Below, piece after piece: positions 13,284 through 26,023 of a DNA stretch of 64,000 nt. Within the stretch, counting starts at the first letter, position 1. Every line of letters starts with the position of its first letter. A program made the position numbers and the translations under genes. Under the pieces are notes generated by a model, which worked only from the letters and a program-made list of their open reading frames with translations, was not told the origin of the DNA and did not search any database. The DNA comes from Chrysomallon squamiferum (Eukaryota; Animalia; Mollusca): the NCBI GenBank assembly GCA_012295275.1, contig CM022672.1, positions 11,966,001 to 12,030,000 on the forward strand, read 5' to 3'.

Positions 13284-13351
13284 ACAGGTGGAATGTTCTC
13301 CTGACAGGTGTCTAAGACTGTGCAGTACTAAGTTGCTAAATAAACAGGTGA
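13284..13351. promoter_or_regulatory. Three ACAGGTG E-boxes with an overlapping TGACAGGTGTCt TALE-dimer-like site
   Basis: ACAGGTG at 13284, 13304 and 13344; TGACAGGTGTCT at 13302-13313 (11/12 to TGACAGGTGTCA). Confidence 0.4.
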
Positions 13352-13582
13352 ACGACAGGGAACATGGAAGTTTATTGAGAAACAACAACATTCTTTTTCA
13401 ATATCCTTTTCTGGCCGATACCTTCTTTACAGGAATATAACAAAAAATGTGCATGTTAATTCTGGTTAGTCAGTGAGACAAAGAATGAATGTGTATAAAG
13501 AAACTGTAATGGCCACTTTAAAAAAAAAAAAAAAATAATAATAATAATAATAAAACAATTAAAATCCATCTGTCAAGAGATG

Positions 13583-13585
<3 letters not shown>

Positions 13586-13622
<37 letters not shown>
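13586..13622. repeat. (GA)n microsatellite
   Basis: Read directly. Confidence 0.97.
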
Positions 13623-13630
<8 letters not shown>

Positions 13631-14382
13631 AGAAAAGAGGGAGATAGAGTGAGGGCAGAAGAAAGATGGGTGTGATAAAGAGTGAAAGAGAAAAAGAGGG
13701 AGGAGAATGAACTAGAAAGAAAACACGACACAGACACACACACATACTCACACACACACACTCACACACACAATATACACAGACAGACACAAACACACAA
13801 AAATCTCATATATATGTTACTTCATTACACATATTAATCAATAAACCATCGAAGATGTTATCACCTGTGTAATAACTTTCAATCAAATTTCTCATTACTT
13901 CCAACTATTCATTACAGAGAAACAGAAATCTTGCTTCATGTATTACAGTGCTAAAATTTTATAAGTTGCTCATAAATCAAAACTTATGATAATATGAACA
14001 TCCATTAAATGAAATCTAGTTTTACTGGCAGTTTTAGTTAATATCAACTTCATGTTAAAGAAAAATTATCATCTTATAAAGATAACAAGGGTAAATATAG
14101 ATAATAATACATGAGCATTAATGTCATATACAGATATAAATATAACACATCTGTATGTTTCTTTAAAAGCTTTTGAAAAAAATGGGAAACATTCCAAAGA
14201 CAAATTTTTTAAATAATAAATGGATTAATTTAAATTTGCTGGGAGAAAACAAAATATGTAAAAATTCCAAAGATAAAAATTTAAAAAAATGAACTTTAGT
14301 TTGGTAATGAAAAAAAAAACGTTACTTCCAAAGAAAAGTTTATAAAATAAATATACAAGCAAATTTTTGTATATTAAAAAAA

Positions 14383-14419
<37 letters not shown>

Positions 14420-16356
14420 GAATAATATTTTTCATTTATAATATACTTATGTTTAAATATGAAGATCTAATATAACCAAGAAATAAATCTTATAAAACAA
14501 TAACAACAACAACTAGATAAAAATGAAAAAAAACCTCTACTATGTTGATGAGCAAAAAACAAACCCAGTGAAGAATTAAAAAAAAAAAATCATTTCCCTA
14601 CCCAGCAGGGGACAGTAGGGGAGGGGATCCTGTTGGACAGTGTGTTTTTCTTGATGTCTTTCAGCTGTCTGTGAGTTCTGTACACAACATTTCATTAACA
14701 TTTTCCTTTTTTTTTTTTTTTTTTGCCCCCTCCCTCTCTGTATGATACAACTAAGAGTGCTCTAATTAGCATGGGATCCCCCTGAGAACTGGATCAGAAA
14801 GAAAAACAAAGTATATTTACAAACGTTGAATTCTCTCAAATGTGTCAGTCTTCTTGTGAAAAGGTCACAAAAACATGGTGTATAGCTTTCTGTGATTTCA
14901 GCAGGTTTGTAATTAGCAATGTCAAGATGTTTGGTTCTACATAAAAGCAACCTTTGTTTTTGTTTTGCGATTTTTTCTTCTATTTCTTATTAAAAAAAAA
15001 AAAATGAAATTCAATATATCCATCCATGAAAACCCTGAATCTATATGTGACATTTAAAATTTTTAAATTAAAAAAAAAAAAAAAAATATTATTCATGTTA
15101 ATTAATTATTGAGATACATAGATGCTTGTAATTTCAGTATGTTGATATGTTGAAAATAAATTAAATTTAGAAAATTAGATTTCTTATTATGCACTGGATT
15201 CATGACACAAGAATGAATTATTTCTGTAAAGATCAGTTTTAAAAAAATATATAAATCAAGTAATATAATTTTTTTTTTAAATTAAAAATTAAGCTATTAA
15301 CTTCTTATTTAAAATGGATCAAAAACAGTAAATAAGATAAACAAAAAGAATTTCAAAAAATTAAAGGTAAAAAGTTGGAAGTTTCTAACAAAGAATTTTT
15401 TTTATTTAGTGTATTTTTTTAAAAATATGAAGACATATACACATATGAACAATATTGGGCATTCATTTTCTAACAGTTTACCATTTTAATGCATAATTTC
15501 CAGGCAAGTATCCTAGTAGAAGTAAAAAAACACTGAAGTAAAATGTAATAACAAGAACAATACTGGGCATTCATTACCATTTTAATATATAATTTTCTAG
15601 TCAAGTATCAGGGTAGAAGTAAAAACACTGATATAAACTACAACAACAAGGGCATTCATTATCTGCTGGTGAAAGTAAACTCAGTGGCTGACAGATCACC
15701 ATGTTAACAAACAGAGAAATGTGACCACCAGTGGCTTACAGCAACACACTAATGTCCTGATCTGTCCAATCTCTGCAGGATCAACCCTGCCCTCTTACTT
15801 CCCCACTGATAGCACAATAACATCAGCCATTTCCACCAACTCTTGACCACTGGTCATGCTGGCCAGTCAGTGACTGATTGGCAGTGTCTGCCAGCATCCA
15901 GTGCTACCTGCAAGCTCACAGATAGCAGCTGAATCAATAGTCATTCACTGACATGTGCAGGATTGCCTCTGACAGAGTATCTGACCGGATCGGGAGAAAA
16001 GTGACATCCTGGTCTTTACACTAGATTAACGCAAGTGATGTATTGATGTGTTCCTGCAATATCTGATGTCTGACTAAGCTTCTGCTCAAACAAGATTAGA
16101 TGAAGAAGATAAAAAACATTGCTGTATTGCTGTGAAGCAGTATCAAACTAGTGTCGCTAAAAATGTTTATAAACATGAAAACATGAAAGAATACATATCT
16201 GCTATTATGTACTCCCACTAAAGTGAATATTTATGAATAGAAACAAATTAGAATCATATATATGTTTGTATGTGTAGGCATGTAGGAAGGTATATATGTA
16301 AGTAGGTTTACATGTATGTGTGTATAAGTGTGTGTGTGTGTGTGTGTATATAATGC

Positions 16357-16418
16357 ATGTATGTATGTATGTATGTATGTATGTATGTATGTATGTATGT
16401 ATGTATGTATGTATGTAT
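16357..16418. repeat. (TATG)n microsatellite
   Basis: Read directly. Confidence 0.97.
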
Positions 16419-16744
16419 GCTTGTGTTGGTTTGTTAGGTGTGCAAGTATGAATGTCTATTTATATGTTTGTATTGATCTGTATAAAAATTAACTCTCATG
16501 CACACATATTAATACAATACAACATTTTAAAAGCATATTTTTCAGATGTATTCCTCAGCATTGGTAATAAGATATTTATCAGGAACAGAATGTTAAACTG
16601 TTGTGAGGGTAATAATGAGAAATAGTAGAAAACAAATATTATAAAGTACAAAACATACTTGTATTAACAATATAAATGAACAAATAAAAAATGTTTAATC
16701 ATACTGTTAAAATGATTGTTACTGTAGATTCTTTTATAAATAAA

Positions 16745-16820
16745 GAAAAACATCCCTTGTTGCTACATCACCAGCAGCAAGAGATCCTTTCAGGAATAGG
16801 CAGCTTTCCCCTGTGGAAAC
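16745..16820. mobile_element. Decayed SINE-like fragment (copy 1)
   Basis: ccagcagcaagagatccttt at 16771 matches ccagcagcaaggaatctttt at 24573. Confidence 0.35.
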
Positions 16821-17847
16821 AAATATATCTGATAAACTAGGCATTGGGAATCTGGGAAAAATGGGAAAAACCAAAGTTCCCTTAAGAACGATTGATTCTG
16901 TGTCACTTTACTCCTTTACCTTGACAGATTCAAAAATTCTTACATGCACAATTTAAAAAAAAAACAATTACCCAATGATATCTAATTTTAAAAATAAGAA
17001 AAAAAGAAAAGAAAAAAGAATGACTTAAAGAGAAGTAGCTGACCTCCAGGTTATCAAGCCTATTAAAACCAACACCTGATAGCTATCTCATTTTGTGTTC
17101 TATCAATTTCCAGCGAATTAAATCTCTACCAAATGCTTTTCAAATCCCTCAAGTATATCGGATGTGTGAAACCTGTAGGTATGGGCAGCTATCTCAACAT
17201 CTCCCGCATTTTAAATCACCTCAAGATAACTGAAGAGGGCAGCACCCAAGAAGCTATGCCACACGTTGGGGTCAGGTTTCGATAATGTCTCCCACCCCTT
17301 TGATATTGTTATTTAAAAAGAAATTCTGAGTGGGGTGTATGGTGGTCGAAAAAGGCGACAATAAACAAAACAATCTTCCGTACCTGATTCAGGTTCATGT
17401 TTTAAAAGTGTGTGATACTCTTTAATCACAGAAATATTTGCTTTCAAGTGCAACCTGATTCAAGAGTAATCTTTTGAGATATTTTTAGAGAAATTGAAAT
17501 TTTTCTCTTTTCTACCAAAAAAAAAAAAAAAAGAAGAAGAAGAACAAAATAAAGAATGCTTAAATGCAGGTGTTGGTTTTAATTTTAGATTATTTAAAAT
17601 TTAGTTATTTATTGAATATATTTTTATATTATTAATTAAATGTCTTTCAATTCATTCATTTTGTCTTAAAAAACAAACAAAAAAAAGAATTTAATATTTA
17701 ATGTCTTATATTTTTCATTTTACAAATACTGTTTGAACTAAGAATTTATAAAAACCAGAAGATAAAACAGAATAAAATAATAATATTAATGAATGAATAT
17801 ATCTTAAATATTACATTATTAAATAAATAAATAAATAAACTGTTTAA

Positions 17848-17985
17848 CTGATGTCGACACATCTTGCTAATTCTTTCTAATCTGGCAACAAGAGAAATTT
17901 TCATAAATCTTCTCAAAGATAAGACAACACATACCGTGGCCTTTTGGTAAACCATTCATTGAGTACTGGCTGTAACAGATTAAAA
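17848..17985. mobile_element. Decayed SINE-like fragment (copy 2)
   Basis: ggcaacaagagaaattttcata..gacaacacataccgtggccttttggtaaacca..gagtactggctgtaac resembles an abundant gastropod repeat core I recall (agcagcaagggatcttttatatgc..cacataccacggcctttgttacaccagtcgtggagcactggctggaac). From memory, not searched. Confidence 0.5.
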
Positions 17986-18421
17986 AAAAACCCATAAAAT
18001 TGTAAGTACTTTGAATATTCCTTAAACAGGACACAAGCATTCTAACCACTAAGCCAAAGCCAGCATTACTGTTAAGTGAAAAAAGGCCAACTAAAACTTG
18101 CTTCACTATTTTTTTTTTTTTTTTCTTCACTAAATCTGTTAATTCTCCACTGACCAGGTTTGAACTTTTGGGAGATAGAAACATGAAAGCAAATCAAAAA
18201 CATGAACAGTCAAGTGGGAAGATTTAGACTTTCCTCAATTAATTTTGATCTATATGAAGTAGACTTAACCAGACTTAACACCTGCATTTCCTTTTTCTGT
18301 CAAACTAAATAAATAAACAAATAAATAAATAAATAACATACACATGTATATACACACATACGCACAAACACTTTTGTATATTTAACAAGTATATTTCAAA
18401 TCAATGACAATGCATAAACCA

Positions 18422-18463
18422 ATACTACTACTACTACTACTAATACTAATAATAATGATGATG

Positions 18464-18497
<34 letters not shown>

Positions 18498-18515
18498 TAA
18501 TAATAATAATAATGA
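18422..18515. repeat. Compound (TAC)/(TAA)/(TGA) trinucleotide microsatellite
   Basis: Read directly. Confidence 0.95.
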
Positions 18516-18599
18516 TAAAAACAGTTATATATATAAAGTTAACAAATCTCATTGTTTTTTTTTACTCTTTGCGAAAACAGCATTTGCAACCCCAGTAAC

Positions 18600-18630
18600 C
18601 TGTCAATCACTTTATCAGGGTCAAAGGTCA
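18600..18630. promoter_or_regulatory. Pbx-Meis/Prep decamer plus nuclear-receptor DR1
   Basis: CTGTCAATCA at 18600-18609 (reverse complement TGATTGACAG) and GGGTCA-A-AGGTCA at 18618-18630. Confidence 0.55.
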
Positions 18631-18980
18631 AGGATTAATAAACAGATGTTGTGTATCTGGTAAACTGCTGGTACAGGATGCCATTGAAATTAACATCAAA
18701 CAAATCAAAAGTTTTGTTTTTTTTGTTTCAGCTTCTCTTTAACAATGTTATGCACACATAATCACTAGTTATTTTTCCCTAGCAGTTGTGACCCAGTAGG
18801 CACAAAACCATGGACACAATTCTGTGATTTGAAAGTTTGAAATAATTTTTTTTTTTTAAAACAGTTGGAAAAACAAAATGTTCCACTGTTTCTGTTTAAC
18901 ATACAATAATTTTATGTACTTACAAAGCAAGACTGATTAAGTTGTGAAATAAAAACAGGACGAATATATGTGCACACATG

Positions 18981-19012
<32 letters not shown>

Positions 19013-19379
19013 AATCGAAATGAAGAAACATCTTTTTAAATTATCTTTTTCAATACACATTTGAAAAATATTTAATAATTTACCGTGTCCAGATAAAAAT
19101 TTCTAATTTTAATTAATAATTATAAGGATTAAAAAAATGTTAGGTTTTGTTTTTCTTAGAATAGTAAAAGAAATAAATTTATAAAGAAATAATTACTAAA
19201 AGTAACAGCGAAACAAATTATATGAGAAAACATTTTTCAGATTGATTAGAAAACCAAACAGAATTCAAATGATAATTTCAAAATTGTAAAAAGATTTTGA
19301 AAAAAAAAAAAAAAAATCCATCTTGTTGATGTAAAAATGAAAATTGCATTTTGTCCACAAAGTAAGATTCAGTAATCTC

Positions 19380-19775
19380 ATTCTTTATCTCTCTTTTCCT
19401 CTCTCTTGTGTATCTTTCACTCTTTCTCATTCCTTTTTTCTTCCTTTCATTTCCTTTTTTCTTCTATCTCATTCATTTTTCTTCCTGTAAATCACTTTTT
19501 TCTCTTCCATTCACTATTCTTTTGTTTTTCTCTAATTCTCTCAGCTTTTTTCTTGTCTCCATCTGTCTTTATCTCATTATCTTTCTTCTTCCATTCAATT
19601 TCTCTCTTTTTCATGTTTAATTTTTTACAGTCTTTCTCTCTCTTCATATGTAACTCTCTCTTGTTCTCTATCTCTCATTCTTTATTCTTTCTCTCTCTCT
19701 TTTTCTCACTTTACTGTTCTCCATCTCTCTCTCTCTCTATCTCTCTCTCTTTCTTTCTATCACTCTCTCTCAATC
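19380..19775. repeat. Pyrimidine-rich (CT/CTTT) low-complexity tract
   Basis: Mostly C/T on the + strand. Confidence 0.9.
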
Positions 19776-20003
19776 TTTAACAGGTGGCAAAGCACTTTCA
19801 GGTGACATATTAATTTCAGGTTCATTTAGTAGAACTAATTAGTGGGAATTGTTCAGGTTAGCCAAGCATGCATAAGGAACATCAGCTCAGAAGTGTAACC
19901 AATCACAATCTCATTAGAGGCTGACCAGGAAAAGATGTTCTTTGAAGACGATTTCTTTGTTCTGTCTTCTGAAAGGATTTTTCTTTTTTTTTCAAGGACT
20001 CAC

Positions 20004-20048
20004 CTGGAATAATGTTTTATGATCATGATTATGAATTTTGTGGTTCAT
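20004..20048 (-). CDS. Weak candidate mini first exon MNHKIHNHDHKTLFQ
   Basis: ATG at 20048-20046, 15 open codons, consensus donor CAG|GTGAGT in phase 0. Confidence 0.2.
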
Positions 20049-20442
20049 ATATAATCTTAGGGCAAGTAATTTTAAAATTCATTCTTTCATGTTCAAGAAC
20101 TCTTCAATTTCTCCAAAAGATTCTTGAATTTTTTTTTTAAGTGAGTTTATAATTTTCAGTCAGAACAAAGGGTTGCAAAAATTATTCTGACTTGGCTAGT
20201 TCATGCAAGAAATCTTTTTTGCTTCTTTTGTTATTTAATTTTGTTTAAATTTTGTTATTATTATTATTATTAATTTTTTTTTCTTTGTTTGATTCAAACA
20301 GACTAGTTTCTCCAATAAGTTAAACAATTTCATGCATGTTTTTAAAATTTAGCAAGAGCAAATGTGTCCTGACCAAGAACTCTTTCTTGTTTGCAACATT
20401 AAGATTAGAAGATTAATTAGAGAGACAAATGAAAGATAGTGA

Positions 20443-20571
20443 CTAACATTTCTCTGGCATATTTTTAATTTTACATCAAGTTTACAGTTTCAGAACTGTA
20501 TGGGTTATAAAAGCAGTTCTGTCTTGGTCATTTAATTTAGGAATTTAAGATATGTGCAGTGAAAGAGTTAA
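20443..20571. mobile_element. Decayed MITE-like element with ~30-bp imperfect terminal inverted repeats and a TTAA end
   Basis: The right end reverse-complements to ttaactctttcactgcacatatcttaaattc, which aligns loosely with the left end ctaacatttctctggcatatttttaattt. Confidence 0.35.
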
Positions 20572-21324
20572 TGGATAAAAAAAGAAAAAAAGTATTGTTT
20601 TTATACATCTTATTAGAAACCAATACAAAATGGTTTAAAACCAAAGTATAAAAATCTATACCCACATACACAACAAACTCAACACCCACCTATATATGTA
20701 TATTATATATATATGTATGAATGTGTGTGTGTGTTCACATTACAAAGAAAAGACTATCTTTGTAAATATATAAAATTATTAGTTATAAGTTATTTTTTAG
20801 CTGAAACACACATGACACCAGAAACAGACTTACAGTGGAATGAAATACTGGATGAATCCTCAACCATTTTTTTCCAAGAACAAAAACAAACTATATGCAA
20901 CATTTTTCAAATAACAAAAACAACCTACATTCAGTAATGTATAAAAAAAAAAAAAAAAACAACAGTCTAATCAATGACTACTGGCAGTACAACAATAGCT
21001 ACAAAAGAGTAACCCAGGGCTGGACTCTAATAAGTGTCAGAAACAGTGATTCCATTTTTCCTTCTTGTTCCAGGAATCAGAAAGTCTTGAGTGGCTGCCT
21101 GCCACCTTGTTTCTTCTCCAGTGGCCCAGTGCTGCCTCTCTATATCACAGAACTAATGAAGCATCAGTGATGGCTTTCTCAGACTTGTTGCTGTGTTTAC
21201 ATGTTTTCTGGTAATATCTTAGCCATTTCAAACTCACTGCTAGCCATCTCTCACAGTGTCAGAACAGATGGGGTGATTTCTCAACAATATGGATGTGTTA
21301 TTAAACTGGCGAAAAATTTCAGCA

Positions 21325-21735
21325 CTCCTCGTGTTAAACCATTTAATTTAGATTAACATGGAGAAAAAAAAAAATAATAATATTAATAATAATAAAGAAA
21401 AAAGATTGGGCAGAAAAAGAAGTAGCTAGAAAAAAAAAATGATTAAATGATTTTGTCTTCTTGTTCAACCATTTAATTTATATTAACACAAAGAAAAAAA
21501 TAATATGGCTAAAATAAATGTTTGAGTAGGAAAAGAAATGGTTAAAATAGTGATTAAATTGGAGAAAATTCCCCATGGCCTCTTGTTAAACCTTTTAATT
21601 TATGTTAATATTGACAAAAAAGAATAATAATAATGTGACTAAAGAAAAAAAGACTCAGTGGAAAAGAAGTGGTAAACCAATTTATGAAACTGGAGAAAAG
21701 TCCCTATGGTCTCATTCAACTATTTATATTAATAT
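21325..21735. repeat. Degenerate ~130-bp tandem repeat, about 4 units
   Basis: tc(g/t)tgtt(a/c)aacc(a/t)tttaattta at about 21329, 21459 and 21581, with a decayed copy at about 21710. Confidence 0.75.
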
Positions 21736-24520
21736 GGAAAGAATTTTTTAATAATAATGAAGCAAAATAAAAAACAAAAACAAAAAAACATAAAAAAGAA
21801 AAGAAAAAGAAAAAAATATTGGCTAGAAAAAGAGGTGAAAAAAGAAAAATATGAAAAATTAAGGTTAAAAATGAAAATGGGTGAAATAGTGCTAAGAAAG
21901 AAAAAAGATGTAATAACAAAATTAAGATTTAAAAAAAAAAGATGTAATAACGAACTTTTTGTTTGTAATATTGTCTGACAAAAAAAAAGAAAACCCAACT
22001 AAGATGAACTTTGCCAATAAAACTGTTGACATTTAATGTTAAAAATACAATTATTTCATCCTAAGCTGTTTGTAAAGTTCAGTGTATGCCAGTGGGAAAA
22101 TGTCTTTAGTGTTGTGTACCAAATTCTGTGACTCTCTGCACATAAAGACATAATAGAAATGTCTGTAAGTATGTCTGTAAAAGAAAATAAAGCACAAAAA
22201 TGAAAGAAGCAAATTAAAAACAAAACACAAAAAAAACCACATTTAAACGAGAAAATTTGATTTCTTACATTTTGTGAGAAAGAAAGTACACTTAATTCCA
22301 CTATTAATTTAGATTTTTATTTTTTTTTACTTCATGATTTGAAAATGTTTCAGATTATTTCCACACTGTTGAATTATTACAACATTGATTTTCTTCTCTG
22401 AACATGATATACTAGAGAGATTCTGTTGTTACTCAATTATGACAGCTAAAGTGGTCACTGCAGACACCATACGTATATAATTGTGTATTTTGAATGTTAT
22501 ATCAATTTCTGTAAAATAATAATAATAATAAGAAGAAGAAGAAGAAGAAGAATCATCCACAAAATTATTAGTCCACAAAAATCCTATGTTCCTATTCATG
22601 ACAAGAACATCAATTTTAATAAACATATTATTGTCTGAATAATGTCTGAGTCAGTTTCTATAACAACAAATCCCATCCAGCACTGTTAATCTGTAATTGA
22701 AGCCATGGTGGGAATTCATCTCACAGAATTCATCATTACCCAAAACTAAAAAAAAAAAAAAAAAAAAAAACTGATTCAAAAAGCAATAACAAAAAAAGAT
22801 ATTGTACTTGACATGTAATAACTATTAACATTAAAATGTGCTGAGATTTCATTTAAAAAAAAAAAAAATGTTTTACTAATTTTGAGGAATTTCACTTCTC
22901 ATTTCATTGCAGAACTACAACGACTACATATTTTTGCAGGACGAAAGTGACAAAGGCCTCTCCAGAAGTGACTTTTTGTTTTTGACCTAATTGACACCTC
23001 CAGCAATGCGTGGACCTTTGTCTTTCCATTAGGCTCCATTAGGCTGCCATCGCATCCTTACTAATCTTATCACAGCCATAAAGAAATTAGTATAGTCCCA
23101 CCAGAGTGCCATTAGAGTCACCTTTATGACTGGGATAATAAGAGGTCGTGCCACAATCAGACTGCAAGACCATCCATCCTACACAGCCTCCAGTAATTCA
23201 GATATTTATCATAGAGGACATGTAGAGGGGTTTCTGTCATATATTTTAGATTAAAAAAAAAATTAAAAAAAATTGTAATTATTATCCCAAGTGGCTGAGG
23301 GTTCCTGTTATGATATTTATATAGTGATTATTGTGATGTGGATTTTAAATGGAAATTGTAATTTCCCACAGCTTGTTAACAGGGTTATTATTAGGAAGTT
23401 ATATATATATATATATTGCAGTGGGTTGAAATAAGGATTTTTGTATGGGATTGAGTTAAATGTCCTGTACAACAGTCCTGTTTGTAATTTAATGTTTTTT
23501 TTAAATGGCTGAGTTATATGAATGATAATAATAATTTTTATGATGATGATGATGATGATAACTATGATGATGATAATAATTATGGTAACATTATTTTCCT
23601 TATTTTTCAATAGATTTTGTCAGATTTTTTTCAAATTAATCATTTTTATTATTATTATTATTATTATTATTACATAGGTCTACATGATATAGTGCTGATA
23701 TTAGAGAAATGCAATGATTAAAACTGAGAAAGATAATCAACAATGTCATTCAGTTTATTTTACACCAACATAGATCAAAGCTTTACCAGTGTTTGATGAA
23801 GCCATGCTGTTTTGACTATTTACTTCTCTGCAGCATATTTTCCTTAAAAAAATTGAAAACATAAAAAACACCAAAAAACTTTTAAAAATACTCTAATATC
23901 TTCCCTTCCCAGGGATAAATTAAAAAGAAAAAAATGTATCTGTATCTATGTATGTATCTATATAATTAATTTCTATTTAAATTTATACTGTTCCTAAGAA
24001 AAAACATTAATAAAGTTATTGTTTCAGTGTCTGTTCCAGAGAAATAAAAAAAATACCACACAAACAGTAGTCAGAACACTGGATTGGCAAGAACTGTAAA
24101 AACCACAAATAATTTTCTAAATAAACTCAATAAAAGGATTTGTTTCACTTCATTTCTGACTGACAAGTGTCAATATTTTGGCTTTTAATTCATCAAGGCT
24201 GTGTTTTTTTTCTCCATGTTATTATTTCCATTTTGCAAATTGTTTTTCTCCAACACTTTGTTTTTCCTGCTCTTCATTCCTATTATTAACTGGTAATATT
24301 AACCGAAACTGAATTAATATTAATTTAGACCAGCTGTTTGTTTTTCTCTCGGTTACATAATTACATCTAATAATATTTACTCTGATTAACAGCTGTGTCT
24401 ATCTTTGATGAAGACTACCTAATGGATGGATTGGGTTTTTTGATGATTCTGTTTTACATTTTAATGACAATGGTTACAAGTTCTGGATGATAACAGTGAT
24501 CTACAGCAATGATTATGTGA

Positions 24521-24615
24521 GATGAAACTTGCTGCCTGTCACCTACCTCATCATGGGTTACTCTTTTCAAGACCAGCAGCAAGGAATCTTTTACAAAACC
24601 TTCCCCTAGCCTATG
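24521..24615. mobile_element. Decayed SINE-like fragment (copy 3)
   Basis: gaaacttgctgcc..catgggttactcttttcaagaccagcagcaaggaatctttta; same family as the 16771 and 17880 fragments. Confidence 0.5.
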
Positions 24616-25921
24616 ATTTCCACAGAGGGTTCCACAAAACCCACAGGATTCTATGAACTCTCTTCACAAGAAATGTATAGAACCTAATCTTGGTAATGGA
24701 TTCATTTTACATCTTTATCCAAATATGTTGGCTGGTATGAGGAAAAAAAACCAACAATTTCTACAGATACATTTCAACTCATTGATCCACAACCCATACA
24801 CTTCAAGTAACAACAACCCATTTCATTCAGGGTTCTTTAGCCATAGGTAAAACTGATAACCATTAGATTTGAAATTAATCAAGGCATTATAAAAAAATAA
24901 TAATAATAAAATGAAAAAAAAAAAATTCATCACTAATTAATTAATTTTTTATTTTATTTTATTTTTTTTAATTTGTTTAGGTTTTTATTATTATTATTAT
25001 TATTTTTTTTTTTTTTGGCAAATTGCAAACATCAATCACTTGACCAGTGTGAAAAACAGCTATATTCACTTAACAGTGACAATGTTCTCCTCCATTTTTA
25101 TTTTAAAATAAATTGGACAGTCCATAAAAATATCTCATCCATGAAGGTTGCTAGGCAGAAAACACCATTTTGACATTAAAAGAAAACACATCAAATCTGG
25201 GTCAGTTTTGCAATACAAAATGAAACTATAAAACAAAAGATAATGCTGAAATTTGAAGAATGGTATGCACCAGATAGAGTTTTTTTTTTTTTCCTGTTCT
25301 AAATTTCACTTGGTTAAAAATAGATCACTAAGTTATCTAATGATGGTGCTAATAGCCAATTCTGAATCTAATTTTAACAAATGACAAAATTACTTTATAC
25401 TTTATTTTTTTTTTTAATTGCAAAATCCACCAAATAAATTGTAATTTAAAATAAATTAGTCTAGATCACTATTTAATTCAGACAGAGAGATAAAGTAAGA
25501 GAATAAAAATAGAAAGAGAGAAATCATATGCACTTGTCTGGATACATAGCATACATACTTTAAACTTTGCACACACATTAAGCACAGCTTTTTAATACAG
25601 ACTTAAAAATGCATATATACACACAAATACAGTGATATCTCAGTAACTGTGCATCCAAACAGATGTACAAGTGCAGGCATAGAAATACAGGTACATTTTT
25701 TTTTTTTTCTCATATACAAACAAACATAGGCAAACCTAAATCTGTTCACATAGGCACAGATATGCTTTCTTACATAAATTCACTCAGATAATTACATTGA
25801 AATGTCTCTCACACACAGTTATGCCCAAACCTATACATACATGCACTTTCATATGCATTCACATGGGTAATCCTTGCTTACATGTATATCAATAATTTAT
25901 GGTGATCTCTTTTCTTGTTCT

Positions 25922-25933
25922 CACACTCACACA

Positions 25934-26023
<90 letters not shown>
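25922..26023. repeat. (CT)n microsatellite flanked by (CA)n
   Basis: Read directly. Confidence 0.97.

Noticed and set aside
15879-15889. tggcagtgtct, matching the miR-34 5' end
   Set aside because: Folds on itself in a 15-nt palindrome; no ~60-nt precursor; 3' part does not match.
23068-23079. tatcacagccat, matching the miR-2/13 5' end
   Set aside because: 3' half diverges and the upstream arm pairs over only ~5 bp.
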